This document shows positions 24,908 through 36,211 of a DNA stretch of 64,000 bases, piece after piece. Source of the DNA: Azolla caroliniana (taxonomy: Eukaryota; Plantae; Polypodiophyta); the NCBI GenBank assembly GCA_043228905.1, contig JBHGNT010000002.1, positions 9,982,001 through 10,046,000 of the forward strand, in the 5' to 3' direction. The notes below the pieces were generated by a model. The model saw nothing but the letters and a program-made list of their open reading frames with translations, was not told the origin of the DNA and made no database searches. Numbering within the stretch: position 1 is the first letter of the stretch; the number at the start of each line of letters is the position of its first letter. A program made the translations under genes and the position numbers.

Positions 24908-26827
24908 CCTCGGCTGCCGCCGCCGAGGGTCTCGCGATTCCTCTCATGGTTCGGACGTACGGTCATGAATTGCACGGAATGCCGACCGTCTTGGCTCTTG
25001 ACGCGCGCGTACGCCGAACCGTTGTCTAGCACCTTCGTCAAAATGTGTGCTGCCATAATGTACGGTTCGCCGAGAATCACCGGGTGCGAGGATGTTTCCT
25101 GCACGAAGAAATGTTGATCTATCTCGACGTCACCAATCTTTACGCGTACATTCTGGCACACATCATGCAGCTCCTCCGTAGCACGCGTCGCCGCGCGTAT
25201 CTTCCACCCATGCTTGGTGTTGATCGGCCATTTACCCTTCTTGTAGAAATCCATGGACATCAGGTTGATTTCAGATCCATGGTCTACCAAGGCCACCATC
25301 GGTTCAAGAATGTCACCAATCCGCACAGGGGTTTCCGTAGTTGCCCTGGCCCAATGCAGCTTCGCGTAGTGGCTTTCCGCCAACTCGTCTTCTAGGGCCG
25401 TGTCTTCTAAGTGCGCAGTCCGCACCTCCACCGGCTTCTCCGGTTCTGGCTCCGTCGAGAGCCTCTTCCGCTTCACCAAGTCTACGATGGAGTCGTGCAA
25501 CTCCCTCTTGGCGATTCCCAGCACCTCCCGCAACGACAGCTCCACTTTACTGTCGAGGATCCGCTCTTCAAGGACTTTCCGTAGGTCCGTTGCTCTCTCG
25601 ATTTCGGTGCTCAACTGAAACCCCGCCTACTTCCCTCTACGGGGAACCGACCCCTCCGGCCTTTCCTGCCCGTTTGTCTTTCACCAAAACCTGGTAGTTC
25701 TGGCAAGCGGCTTCTACAAAGCCCGTTTTCTCTTCGACCGGATCATCCCATCCGGTGACCTCCTCAACCCGTTGTTCCGCGTGGTCCGCCTCTTCCTTCT
25801 TCAATCGAACTCCGGAGAGGCCTTCTAGCACTAGCGACCAGAATCCGGAGTCCTTCGCCTTTCGGGTCTCATCACCCCCGACCCGAATTCCCGCCGACAC
25901 TGAGTAGCAAACAGCTTCTACATGCCGTGTCGTGGCCTCTTCCATCAACCTCTTCATTCCGTCGCGCCCTGTATTCAATTCTGAGGCTCTCCGGGTCTCA
26001 CTCGCGTGCACCCGTCCATTCCAGAGGTACACCACATTGGTCCTAAGTGCGTCGGCGAAATCCGCGCAATCCTTCCGAATGTGACCAATCGCGTCACACC
26101 ACATGCACTGCTGCCAAGCCGGCGGCCTCCGGTCGCGAGGTTGTTCGCCGCTATCTCTCCGGGCCTGTGCGATCTGCAGGTCGCGCACCATTTGTGTCAG
26201 CTCCTCCAGAGCCACTCCTCCGGATGGGCCTTTGACCACGTCATTCGATGCCGAATCCGACTCCAGCCAAATTCGGGTCTCTTCCTTCCTTCCGGCTGGC
26301 ACCGATACCTGCTCCTGGAGCCTCCTCGCCGGGACCGGTCTTGACTCCGACGAGCTTTCGTCTCTCCACTCGCGCCATTTGTCGAAACGGCTGCAGACCC
26401 GTTTTACCACGGCCCAGTCTTCCGTGAGCCCTTCGTCCGTCTCCAATAGGGGACCCACCTTTTCCCTGTCGAGCGCGTCCACCGACTTGACAAACAGTAG
26501 TACTCGACTCGTTTCGAGCACGGTCCGGTCCAGCGTCGACAGCCGCACGAATCGTTTTTCGAACTCCTGGAGGAGCGCCGACGTGTTCCTCCCTTTTCCG
26601 GGGCTTTCCACCCACGCCATGAAGTCTCGCCTCGACAGCCAAAGCGAGTCATCAAACCCGTACTTCTCGAGGAGCTACAGCTCGAACTCCTCCCAAGTCT
26701 GGCATCCGGCCAGCACCTCGAGCACCTCCGCGTGGATGCTCAGCGTCACCACCCGAGGGAATCCGAACAACCGCCTGTCCACTGGGATATCCCTCATGAT
26801 CATTTCGGCCCGGTAAGCCTCCAAATA

Positions 26828-27167
26828 ACTTGTGGGATTCTTCCCACCAAATCGGCCTATGCTACCGATGATCGATTCAATGGCTCTGTCGAGGGTACTC
26901 GTCCCCTCGCGAGCGCTCACCAGCCGGTCGACGGCTACCGCCATTGCCTCTGCTAGCTCCAATCCCCTCATCTTCTGACTCCTTTGCCGCATGTTCACTT
27001 GTGGGATTCTTCCCACCAAATCGGCCTATGCTACCGACGATCGATTCAATGGCTCTGTCGAGGGTACTCGTCCCCTCGCGAGCGCTCACCAGCCGGTTGA
27101 CGGCTACTGCCATTGCCTCTGCTAGCTCCAATCCCCTCATCTTCCGACTCCTTTGCCGCATGTTCAC
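26828..27167. repeat. 169-bp tandem duplication of the gag start
   Basis: ACTTGTGGGATTC...GCCGCATGTTC occurs twice with a period of 169. Confidence 0.92.
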
Positions 27168-27180
27168 GTCAGGTTCACCA
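27163..27180 (-). promoter_or_regulatory. Primer-binding site complementary to tRNA-Trp
   Basis: Plus strand TTCACGTCAGGTTCACCA versus the plant tRNA-Trp 3' end TTCACGTCGGGTTCACCA (recalled from memory; 17/18). It lies 4 nt from the LTR, and the gag ATG follows at 27161. Confidence 0.8.
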
Positions 27181-28052
27181 ATTATGTCGCGAAGTTTCGC
27201 GTTCACGTGTAGGAAGAGGCGGGACCACAGGGGTCTTGGACCAAGGAGAGAGTGAGAGAGAGAGAGAGAGGGAGAGAGTTGCAGATACACAGAAAGAAAA
27301 AAAAAGAGCAAGAAACAGGAATCCGGTCACTATAATCAGTAGCTTACAACTCGAATAGTTACAACTGGCAATCCGGTAATGGACCTGACACGGGGTCCTA
27401 CTCACGGACACGTACGATAGCCACACGACTCAAAGAAACAAAAAGGGGGAAGGGGAGAGAGAGAGAGAGCCTCTGCTGGAAGCACACGGGTTGTCCACGA
27501 AGCAGAGACAACGAACGACGATCGGAGGAGAGAGAGAGAGCTCGGCCCTCGGTTCTGCAGCAGCACTTCGTCCTCGCCAACGCGCGATACCCTTTCTTCC
27601 TTCTCTCCTTCCTTAAAAAGTTCACCGAGGGGAGACCCTTCTCCCCTAGTCAAATCGCTTTATTCCCTGTCCCTTTTGATAGAGACACTCCCAAATCCCC
27701 TAATAAAGGTGTACTACCTAGTATTTACATCAGCCGACCTAATTATGAATTATGTACAAAATATCAATTATCGCGTCCACCCATGTAAGAGCCGGTTCAT
27801 GCGCCTTTTTCTCCGATTCCGCCTATGGCCGGTTTTCTTCACAACAACGTAGTGAGAGTAGAGAACAAAAGAACAAAAAACTGATGAGAGTGAATTGAGC
27901 TCTGCATGTAATGAAATAGAAGAAGCTTTTTGGTTTGCTACATAGAGGTAAGTCTCCTTCCCCCTTTCTTTCTATCTTGAGCACACTAATGATCTAGCAC
28001 ATCACGATCCGTTGTGCACAAAGAAGAGCCGGAGCGCCTTCATAACACTTTT

Positions 28053-29563
28053 ACCCGATCCTTCAAAACCTTTTGAGGTTGAAACCGATGCAAGCGATTA
28101 TGCTATAGGTGTTTTCTTATATCAAGATGGTAAACCAATAGCATTCGAGAGTAAGACACTTGATTCTGTTCAATGTCAGTATACCGTTCAAGAAAAGGAA
28201 TTATTTGCAATTATACATGCACTCAAAACATGGCACCATTATCTTTATGGAAATCGTTTTGTGGTAACTACGGACCATGAGCCCTTCAAATATTTCTATG
28301 ACCAACAAGACCTAAAAGGTCGTAACGCACGATGGGCTGATCTCATCCAGGACTTTGATTTTTCCATACGATATCGTAAAGGTTCCACAAACACTATCGT
28401 TGATACACTAAGTCGCGTCCGTGAAGTTAACATGATTAGCTTCACTGAAATAACATCAGATCTTTATGATCACCTTTGAGGAAAGTATCTTGATGACAAT
28501 TATTTTGTGAAATATTGGGCAAGAGTTGAGTCTGGAATAGACACCACCACATCCTCGAAGGAATCCTTCCACATTGCTAACAGTCTGCTCTACCGTAATG
28601 GGAAGGTTTGTGTTCCAGATTTGCCTAAGGTCAAAAAGAGAATTATTTTTGAATACCATGATGCACCCTCTACAGGTCACCCTGGAATACATCATACACT
28701 CATTCTCATCTCCACTCAATTCTATTGGCCTAAGATGCGCCCTGACATACATAGCTATGTGACTAAATGTCACCAATGTCAGATTAACAAAGCCAAGCGA
28801 CTTAAAGCCGCAGGACTTTTACATCCCTTGGACATTCCCAATAATAAGTGGGAAAGTATATCCATGGATTTTATTGTTAGCTTTCCTCACACCCAAAAAG
28901 GCCATGATGTCATCTGAGTTGTGGTTGATAGACTAACTAAAATGCCCAGATTTATTGCTACTAAAACCATAGTAACAGCTCCTGAATTGGCTTACCAATT
29001 CGTTGATGTGTTATTTCGTTTTTATGGGCTACCGATGGATATCGTGATTGATCGAGACCCAAAGTTTACTAGTGACTTCTGGATGCAAGTCTTTAAAAAG
29101 TTAGAAATTACGTTGAGCATGAGCTCCACGGATCATCCTCAATCCGATAGACTGACTGAATGAGTAAATCAAATTATTTTGGACATGCTTCGAGCATACT
29201 TTGGTGCAAAACCAACAAAATGGGAACGTTATCTCCCAATTTTGGAGTTTGCTTATAACAGCTCCAAGCATACGTCGATGGGATATAGTCCTTTTATGTT
29301 GATGTATGGTTTTTAGCCACGAACCCCGATTGATGTAAATAACATCATGATGAGTTGCGAAGTATGCAAAACTTTCTTCGGGATATGCAAGATATGTTGT
29401 ATATTGCACGAGATAATATAAAAACAGCTCAAGATAGGGCGCGTTATTACACCGATCATAATAGGCAACCTCATGTATTCAACCCTGGATAGAAGGTATT
29501 TTTATGTGTACCTCACAATTCTAAGACATTGTCTACGGGTAAGTGCGTTAAGTTAGCCCCACG
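28053..29563 (+). pseudogene. Chromovirus RNase H and integrase, degenerate
   Basis: ETDASDYAIG, EKELFAI, EYHDAPSTGHPG, WESISMDFI, DRDPKFTS. Confidence 0.9.
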
Positions 29564-31659
29564 GTGAGAAATCCACCATGATCGGGTTATTGAAAGAATT
29601 CAAGGACGTTTTCGTATGGTCATACGAAGATATGAGGAGACTGGACCCGAAATTATACCAGCCCAAATCCACCTAAACAAGGACGCCAAACCGGTAGCCC
29701 GGCGACACTACCGGATGAATCTGAATTATGTGCTAAAGGTGAAGGAGGAAATCGATAAATTGTTGCGCATCAGGTTCATCCGGCTGGTAAATCAAGCCAC
29801 GTGGCTCAGTCCAATCATCGTAGTGCCCAAGAAAAATGGGAAATTTTGGGTGTGCGTAGATTACCAAAAGTTGAATGTGGCCACGGTCACATATGCATTC
29901 CCGCTATCGTTTACAAATGGAGTACTGGATGCGATAGCAGAACACAAGGTATATAAGTTCCTAGACGGATTCAGTTGGTACAATCAGATCTTGATGCATC
30001 TGAGACCAAGAGAAGACACCATTTGTTATGGAATGGGGAGTATTTGTGGCTGTAGTAATGATGTTTGGACTCAAGACTGCACCCGCAATATTCCAGCGGA
30101 TCATAATGTAAATCTTTGGCGAATACATTCCGGCCTTTATGCCGTATACAGCTAGAAGGAGGACCACTTAGACCATCTCCGCTTGTGTCTTGAAAAATGC
30201 CAGGGATCCCGATTAGGTTTGAATCCAGCTAAGTGTGCATTTGGGATCACGAATGGAGCGTTGTTAGGGCACATTGTAAGTAAAGAACCGCGGTAGATCC
30301 GGATAAGGTTAAAGCAATCCTGCAAGCACTGGCACCAACAAATGCGAAGGTCTTGAGTCGATTCCTGGGTCGGATCCAATGGCATAGCCGGATGCTCTGA
30401 TACTTGGCTGATTTCGCTACTCCACTACACGCAACAATGCAAAGATTACCCTTCCAGTGGACGGAGCACGAGGATAAAGCATACCATGCGCTTAAAGTCA
30501 TGCTCTCACAAGCTCCAGGGGTACAACCACCAGACTGGTCTAGAGATTTTCACGTATTTGTGGATGCTTTGGATGTCGCAATCTAAACTGTATTAATGCA
30601 ACTGATAGAGCCGAAGTGGTACCGGCCGGTGTATTATGCGAACCGGAAACTCTCCAAAGCCAAATGAAACTATTCAACAATGGAAAGAGAAGCTCTTAGA
30701 ATGGTATATAGTGTCACAAAGTACCAACACTATTTGTTGTGCCGAAAATTTGCATTCCATGTTGACTACTCCGCATTGGTTTACCTGGTGTCGAAAGCAT
30801 CACTTACCGGAAAACTAGCTAGGTGGACCTTACTATTGCAGGAGTTCGAATTTGATATATACCATTGACCTGGAGTGCAACATGTGGTGGCTGATTACAT
30901 GAGCTAGCTAGAATTCGATGAACGCCGACGATGGCGTCCGCAACGAATTTCCGGACGCAAAGCTATTTAAAATTATCGAGGCAGTAGTAGATGAATCGGT
31001 CACCGGCGAGGATAAGTGGATGACAGATATGCATCAATTCTGGAGTGCTAGACTACCATTGGAAGAGCTGAGCTAGGACAAGCAAAAATGTCTAGCAGTA
31101 CAAAGCCGGCATTTTCGTCTTGTCATGCACACGTTGTACCACAAGGGAGCGGGCGGAGTATGGTGACGGGTAGTTTGATGCGATGAGAAGGACGCAGTAT
31201 TATGCAAGGCACACTTTGGAGTCGCCTGTGGACACTATGCCGGAGACGCAACAACCCGGAAAATATGGTGGCCAACCACCCTTAAGGACTCAATACGGTA
31301 TTCTAAGGAGTGTGATTTGTGCCAACGGATGGAGCAACCAATGGAGTAGGCACAAATGCCACATCAACCGGTGCTACAGTTGGAACCTTTCTAGAAATGG
31401 GGGTTGGATTTTGTCAGGCCGTTCAAGCTACCGAGAACTGGTACATTATTGTAGCCACGGATTATTGTAGAAAGTGGGTGGAATCAAAGGCGCTCCGGGA
31501 CAACACCGCGGCATCCACGACGAAGCTATTGTATGAGTACATTTAGTGCCGGTATGGCTATCCGATCGAGCTCATAGGCGACTAACGCGGACACTTCATA
31601 GGACAAGTAGTGGAGACTCTAACGACATTCTATGTAGTGGTCCATAAGAGAAGCACGCC

Positions 31660-32046
31660 TGTTGAGAGACAAGCTCAACATCGGCCAGATTGGCCGAAGA
31701 AGCCGAGGACCGGATCGGTTGGGACCGATCGGTTAGGCCGAGTACATAAACCGGGAGGTCGTTAGGAAAGATATTCCGTGATGAATATATTTGGGAGTTA
31801 GTGTAGGGCTCTTAATGAGCATTGAAGTACTGTCAGTACTTCGGTCAGTCCTTCTAGGGCTTGTATAAAAGTGTTCACTGAGCACGTCTTATGTACAGAC
31901 TGAGCACTATTATTGAATATAGTATTTTTTGTGTTTCTCTCTCTGTCTCTCCTGTGTACACCGTGTAAGCTCAAGCTCTCCATTAAACCTGAGTTTCCTC
32001 CCTTCTGTTCGGTCTTCATACTAGCATCTGCACGTTTCTTTTTACA
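31660..32046 (+). mobile_element. Copia solo LTR (387 bp), TSD ACGCC
   Basis: TGTTGAGAGAC...TTTACA; ACGCC at 31655-31659 and 32047-32051; TATAAAA at about 31864. Confidence 0.92.
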
Positions 32047-33182
32047 ACGCCGTACTACCCGCAAGCGAATGGACTAGCAAAATCAACGAACAAAACGCTT
32101 CAGATTATCTTACAGAAGATTGGGAACATGAACCGGACGGACTAGGATATGAAGTTGCACAGTGCGTTGTGGGCATACTGGACAACATACAAAACGAGCA
32201 TCCCGTCAACACTGTTTCGACTGGCATTCAGACTTGAAGTGGTAATGCCAATGGAGTTCCAGATAGCAATTTGCGGATATAGGTATGGGAATGGTTGAGC
32301 GAGAAAGAATCGGAATGGATCCAGTTGGAAACGTTGTGTGAGATGGAAGAACACCAGATATCAAGCTTGATGCAATTAGAGCTAGAGCAGCATCGACGGA
32401 AAGCATTTGTGGACCGACATCGGAAAGGGAACGAGAAGGAATTCGGAATCGGGAAACCGGTGTTGGTATTTTAGACCCGGATGGGAAGCATGCCAGGGAT
32501 GCTCAAGTTCCGATGGACCAAACCATACTAGATAATGTGTGAGTTTAAAGGATCCTATCAGCTCGGAACATTGGTCGGAGAGCTACTCGAGAAATGGGTA
32601 AATCGATTCCGGCTTAAACCTTACACAGGACTGATGCTAGAAAACCCATTCAGGGAACTAGAGGAGCACGACGACCAACCAACCAGAGAGAAGGTTACCG
32701 GAAGATCCTCGATGGCACAGGAGCCGGTAAAGCAGAAAGTCTCACAGGCCTCAACGGCACTCGGTACGGGAGGATAGTTTACGTCGCACCTGAAGGAAAT
32801 AATAGTAGTAGTAGTAGTAGTAATAATAATAATAATAAACGTAATCATAACAATAGTAGTATGATGAAAAAAAGAAAAAAAAGAAAAGAAAGAGATATTC
32901 CAGATATTGAACGGTCATAATGAAAAGGTGAATGGAAGCGGTGTGACGTCAGCCACATTTAAGGAGCACCAAGTGGCACAATCATACCATAATGATACAC
33001 GACGTGCATGCGTGGGAATCAAGAATGGGCACCTGAGAAAGATGGGTATACAAAATTTCCGAAGAAACGAGGGAGTCTCATTTCGCGAAAGAAAGATCTT
33101 CAGAGCACAAACTGCACAGGCTTCTAGAAAAGCACTGGCACTCAACCTCCAGAGCGAGCTCGACACAGAAAATACAGAAGCC

Positions 33183-34486
33183 ATGGCGCTCTCAAACGAA
33201 GCAAAGAACTGGCTCATCAAGAACGGCCTCGAAGGTTTCATCCGGGTAGCCGAGGCACCACCACATGAATAACCGGAGGTGGTCGCGACAACAATTGATG
33301 TGGACAGAATCTCCGAAGTAATGGTGCAAGCAGCGATAGAACTACCTTCCGGAGGAATGCACTCAATCGAGAACCCCTCCACTCAAATACTGACAGGATA
33401 TTTTGGGGAGTTCTCAATCGTGAGCAAGGCATATCGGACAAAGGGTGGCGAAAACCCCCTATTTCGGGAAGTGGCTCAGGTGTTGCTTGAGTATGGATTT
33501 GTTCATCCCCGACCACTCGTCATGCCCAAGAACAAGGTTGGTTTCATTATCGCAACATTCGAAGGCTTAAGGGTGGACTGACCCTTAATCGTGGCGGATT
33601 CACTCCAGATGGCGATTTCAGTTGTAGTCAACGAGAAGAAAGCATGGGTCGGAGTAGCACAATGGCTTAATGTGCTAGTACCCCCGATGCACTAAAGAAA
33701 CGGGCACGATAGGAGACCACGCCAAACAAACCATCCAAACGGCAACAACTCCTAGCTAAACAGACCCCTGGATGGACAGTAGGGACATCCTAGCAAGCAA
33801 ACCAGTTCCGGAGCCGCGGAGAGAAGAGCCGGTGAAAGCGGCAAAACCCATTAAAATAAAGCTACGAAGACATGGCAGGTAACAGACGGAACAAACAAGG
33901 ATGGCACACCAGAAACCGAGGATGAGGAGAACCTAGAAGATGAAGGGGAACCCCTCCAGAGACATCCTAAAAAACAGGAAAGGGGGCAGCATGGGGAAGG
34001 ATCGGGTCTGCAGAAGGATAATATGCCGACTCCCAGCTCAACAGTGGTGGAGCCAAGATCAGAGCCGCAGAAAAAAGGAAGGCCAGAAGCGGTGGACAGG
34101 GTTCTGCATGAACCAGGGCAAGAACATACTACACAGACACAACTGTAGGAGGACGCACAAAGATCGACGTTGGACTAGGAGATGGAAGAGACAGCTAGAC
34201 AGAACTTCGGGGAGGAGCAAGGGCGGATGCCAGAAGCAGTACAACAGTTCATTGTGCTCACACAAAACGGAACTTGCCGACAATGGTTGGAGTGGCTAGG
34301 CAAGCAGGTTGCTAGTGTGGTTGACCGAATGGATGTACAATAAAGATGGGATCCATAGCAGGCAGAATGGTTACTTGGAGCAACTGAAGAGTTAGAAAAG
34401 GCCCGCAATTAGATCCGGAGGTTAGAGGAGAAGTTGGCTAGGACCAAGGAATTAGCGGCCATTATGGCAAACATTATCCAAAGGGG
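33183..34486 (+). pseudogene. Additional sense ORF downstream of pol (element E copy), function unknown
   Basis: MALSNEAKNWLIKNGLEGFIRVAEAPPHE..GGENPLFREVAQVLLEYGFVHPRP; homologous to the copy starting at 42086. Confidence 0.8.
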
Positions 34487-34874
34487 TGTTAGGATATGCA
34501 TGTTATCCGACTATTTCCGAATACCTTCCGGATTACTCAATACGTCTCCGATTAATTATAACACACATAAGGTTAACGATTAAAGCACAGAATGGCAAGC
34601 ACACAATAGGAACAATAGCATTAAGATCAACGCACTAATCTTGTATTACTTTCGTTAGATTTATCATCAATCCAGACCCTTTTATAGGCGTCCAGTAGAG
34701 CTTACAAAACGGTGCCTTACCAGCTACCGGCAATAAATATGTGCAGATCCGGATCGGTACAACTATCCAGATCCGTCCGTTCCTATAAAATTACTTAACT
34801 ACGACATACTAATAATTATACTCCGACTCATCCTCATTCATATTACTCCTCTAGGACATACTCCTCGGCCAACA
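34487..34874 (-). mobile_element. Solo LTR related to the Gypsy F LTR, flanks unmatched
   Basis: Reverse complement TGTTGGCCGAGGAGTATG..ATAGTTGTACCGATCCGGATC resembles 35695 onward. Flanks are AGGGG and AACGT. Confidence 0.85.
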
Positions 34875-36180
34875 AACGTGAGCATTGGAGGAAGTCGTTA
34901 CTTTGTAACCTTCATCGATGACTACACTCAGCACACTTGGGTGTGCTTGATCGAAAAGAAGAGCGAAGTCTTCTTCTGTTTCCTGAAGGTGAAGAGCCTT
35001 GCTAAACGGGAAACCGGCAGAAAATTCAAGTGCCTAAGGTCCGATGGCGGAAAGGAGTACTTTTCCGACCAGTTCTCGAGTTTTCTACAGAAGGAAGGAT
35101 TTCGGTGAGAATTCTCTTGCAGATACACACCGGAGCATAATGGTGTGGCCGAGCGGAAGAATCGGACCATACAGGAGGTAGCACGGGCAATGCTTGAGGA
35201 GAAGCATATGTCAAACTTTTACTGGGCTGAAGCGGTTCAGACAGCCGTCTACCTACAGAATCGGACAAATGCAAATGGACGAGTGTCGCCACATGAGTTG
35301 TATTTCGAGAAGAAGCCAAACTTGGCACACTTGAGGGTTCGATAGCATAGCATATGTCCATGTGTCGAAGGAGAAACGAAGGAACCTAGACGCGAAAGCC
35401 GAGAAGTGCATTCTCGTGGGCTACTCAGATGAGCAAAAGGGTTATACGTGTTATAACCCCCGAACGAAAGAGGTCCGAGTAAGCCGAGATGTCGTTTTCG
35501 ACAAGTCGGTGTCATGGTACTTGCCCTCATCTCCAACCCTCAACAACTCCATTCCTATCTTTGAGGACAACGTCAATGAGGCTGAAATGCCTCCAGAAGA
35601 AGAAGGAATTAGAGCTCAAGAAGAGAGTATGATCTCATTCCGGCTAAGTGGACCGAATGAGTGACTGAGTCAGATCAACTTGTCAGATGAGGAGTGTTGG
35701 CCAGAGTATGGTCTGGAGGACAAATATGGAAAGGAAGGAGTCAGAGTTGAATATTATATTTAGAGAAATAATTAGTTAGAAATATTATAGGAACGAGCGG
35801 ATCTAGAATAGTTGTACCGATCCGGATCCGGACCGATTCATAGTTGGTAGCCGATAAGGCACCATTTTGTATTCCCAACTGGAGGCCTATAAAAGGATGG
35901 GAATCAATGTAATAGCTAGCAGAAGTAATACAAGTTGGAGTTTTCATTTAAGAGCATTGTGTTCCTTGTCTACTTGCCATTTTGTGCTTTCATTCTCTAT
36001 CTTACGCGTGTTCTAATTAAACGGTTGCTCATTACCCCAAACCGGAACGTATCCGGAATCAGTCAGATTAGAATCGGATCGGTGTCGGATAACATCATTC
36101 CCATAAATACCTCTTTGGTGAAGTGTTCTGGAAGGACACCTTGTGTTTGTGGCTAGTCCAGCCCAGGATAAACATAGTTT

Positions 36181-36193
36181 TGGTGACCACAAT
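36181..36193 (+). promoter_or_regulatory. PBS, probably tRNA-Arg(UCG)
   Basis: TGGTGACCACAAT versus the expected TGGCGACCACAGT (recalled tRNA sequence; two transitions), 6 nt after the LTR. Confidence 0.6.
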
Positions 36194-36211
36194 TCCTACA
36201 AGGTGCAACGA

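Larger units (their letters stand above)
23321..27846 (-). mobile_element. 3'-truncated Gypsy with tRNA-Trp PBS (5' LTR 27185-27846)
   Basis: LTR termini TGTCGCGAAG...CTTCACAACA. Gag with CMWCDAIGHIRKDC, protease VALVDHGSEINL, RT RFIQDLQPVN, DLYSGYDQF, LPQGGTNS, FLDD. RNase H, INT and 3' LTR are missing. Confidence 0.88.
6563..28047 (+). mobile_element. Copia element A, full length and degenerate, TSD CTTTT
   Basis: TG..CA ends; CTTTT at 6558-6562 and 28048-28052; PBS 6963-6974; PPT about 22174-22182; inserted at the RT/RNase H linker of the chromovirus. Confidence 0.93.
3261..29563 (+). mobile_element. Chromovirus-type Gypsy, oldest host of nest 1 (split by Copia A)
   Basis: LTR tail and PBS at 3310-3321, long leader, gag knuckle/PR/RT to 6562. 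The frame resumes at 28053 (SLL|LPDPSKPFEVETDAS). 3' end is deleted. Confidence 0.85.
29564..34486 (+). mobile_element. Gypsy element E (non-chromovirus, Athila/Tat-related), internal fragment: RT, RH, INT and extra ORF
   Basis: [54 protein letters not shown]. Both ends lost. Confidence 0.88.

Noticed and set aside
22422-27852. Single 5.4-kb element with TSD CGTAG
   Set aside because: The two ends are unrelated LTRs, and an extra A precedes the right CGTAG; two insertions plus a deletion fit better.
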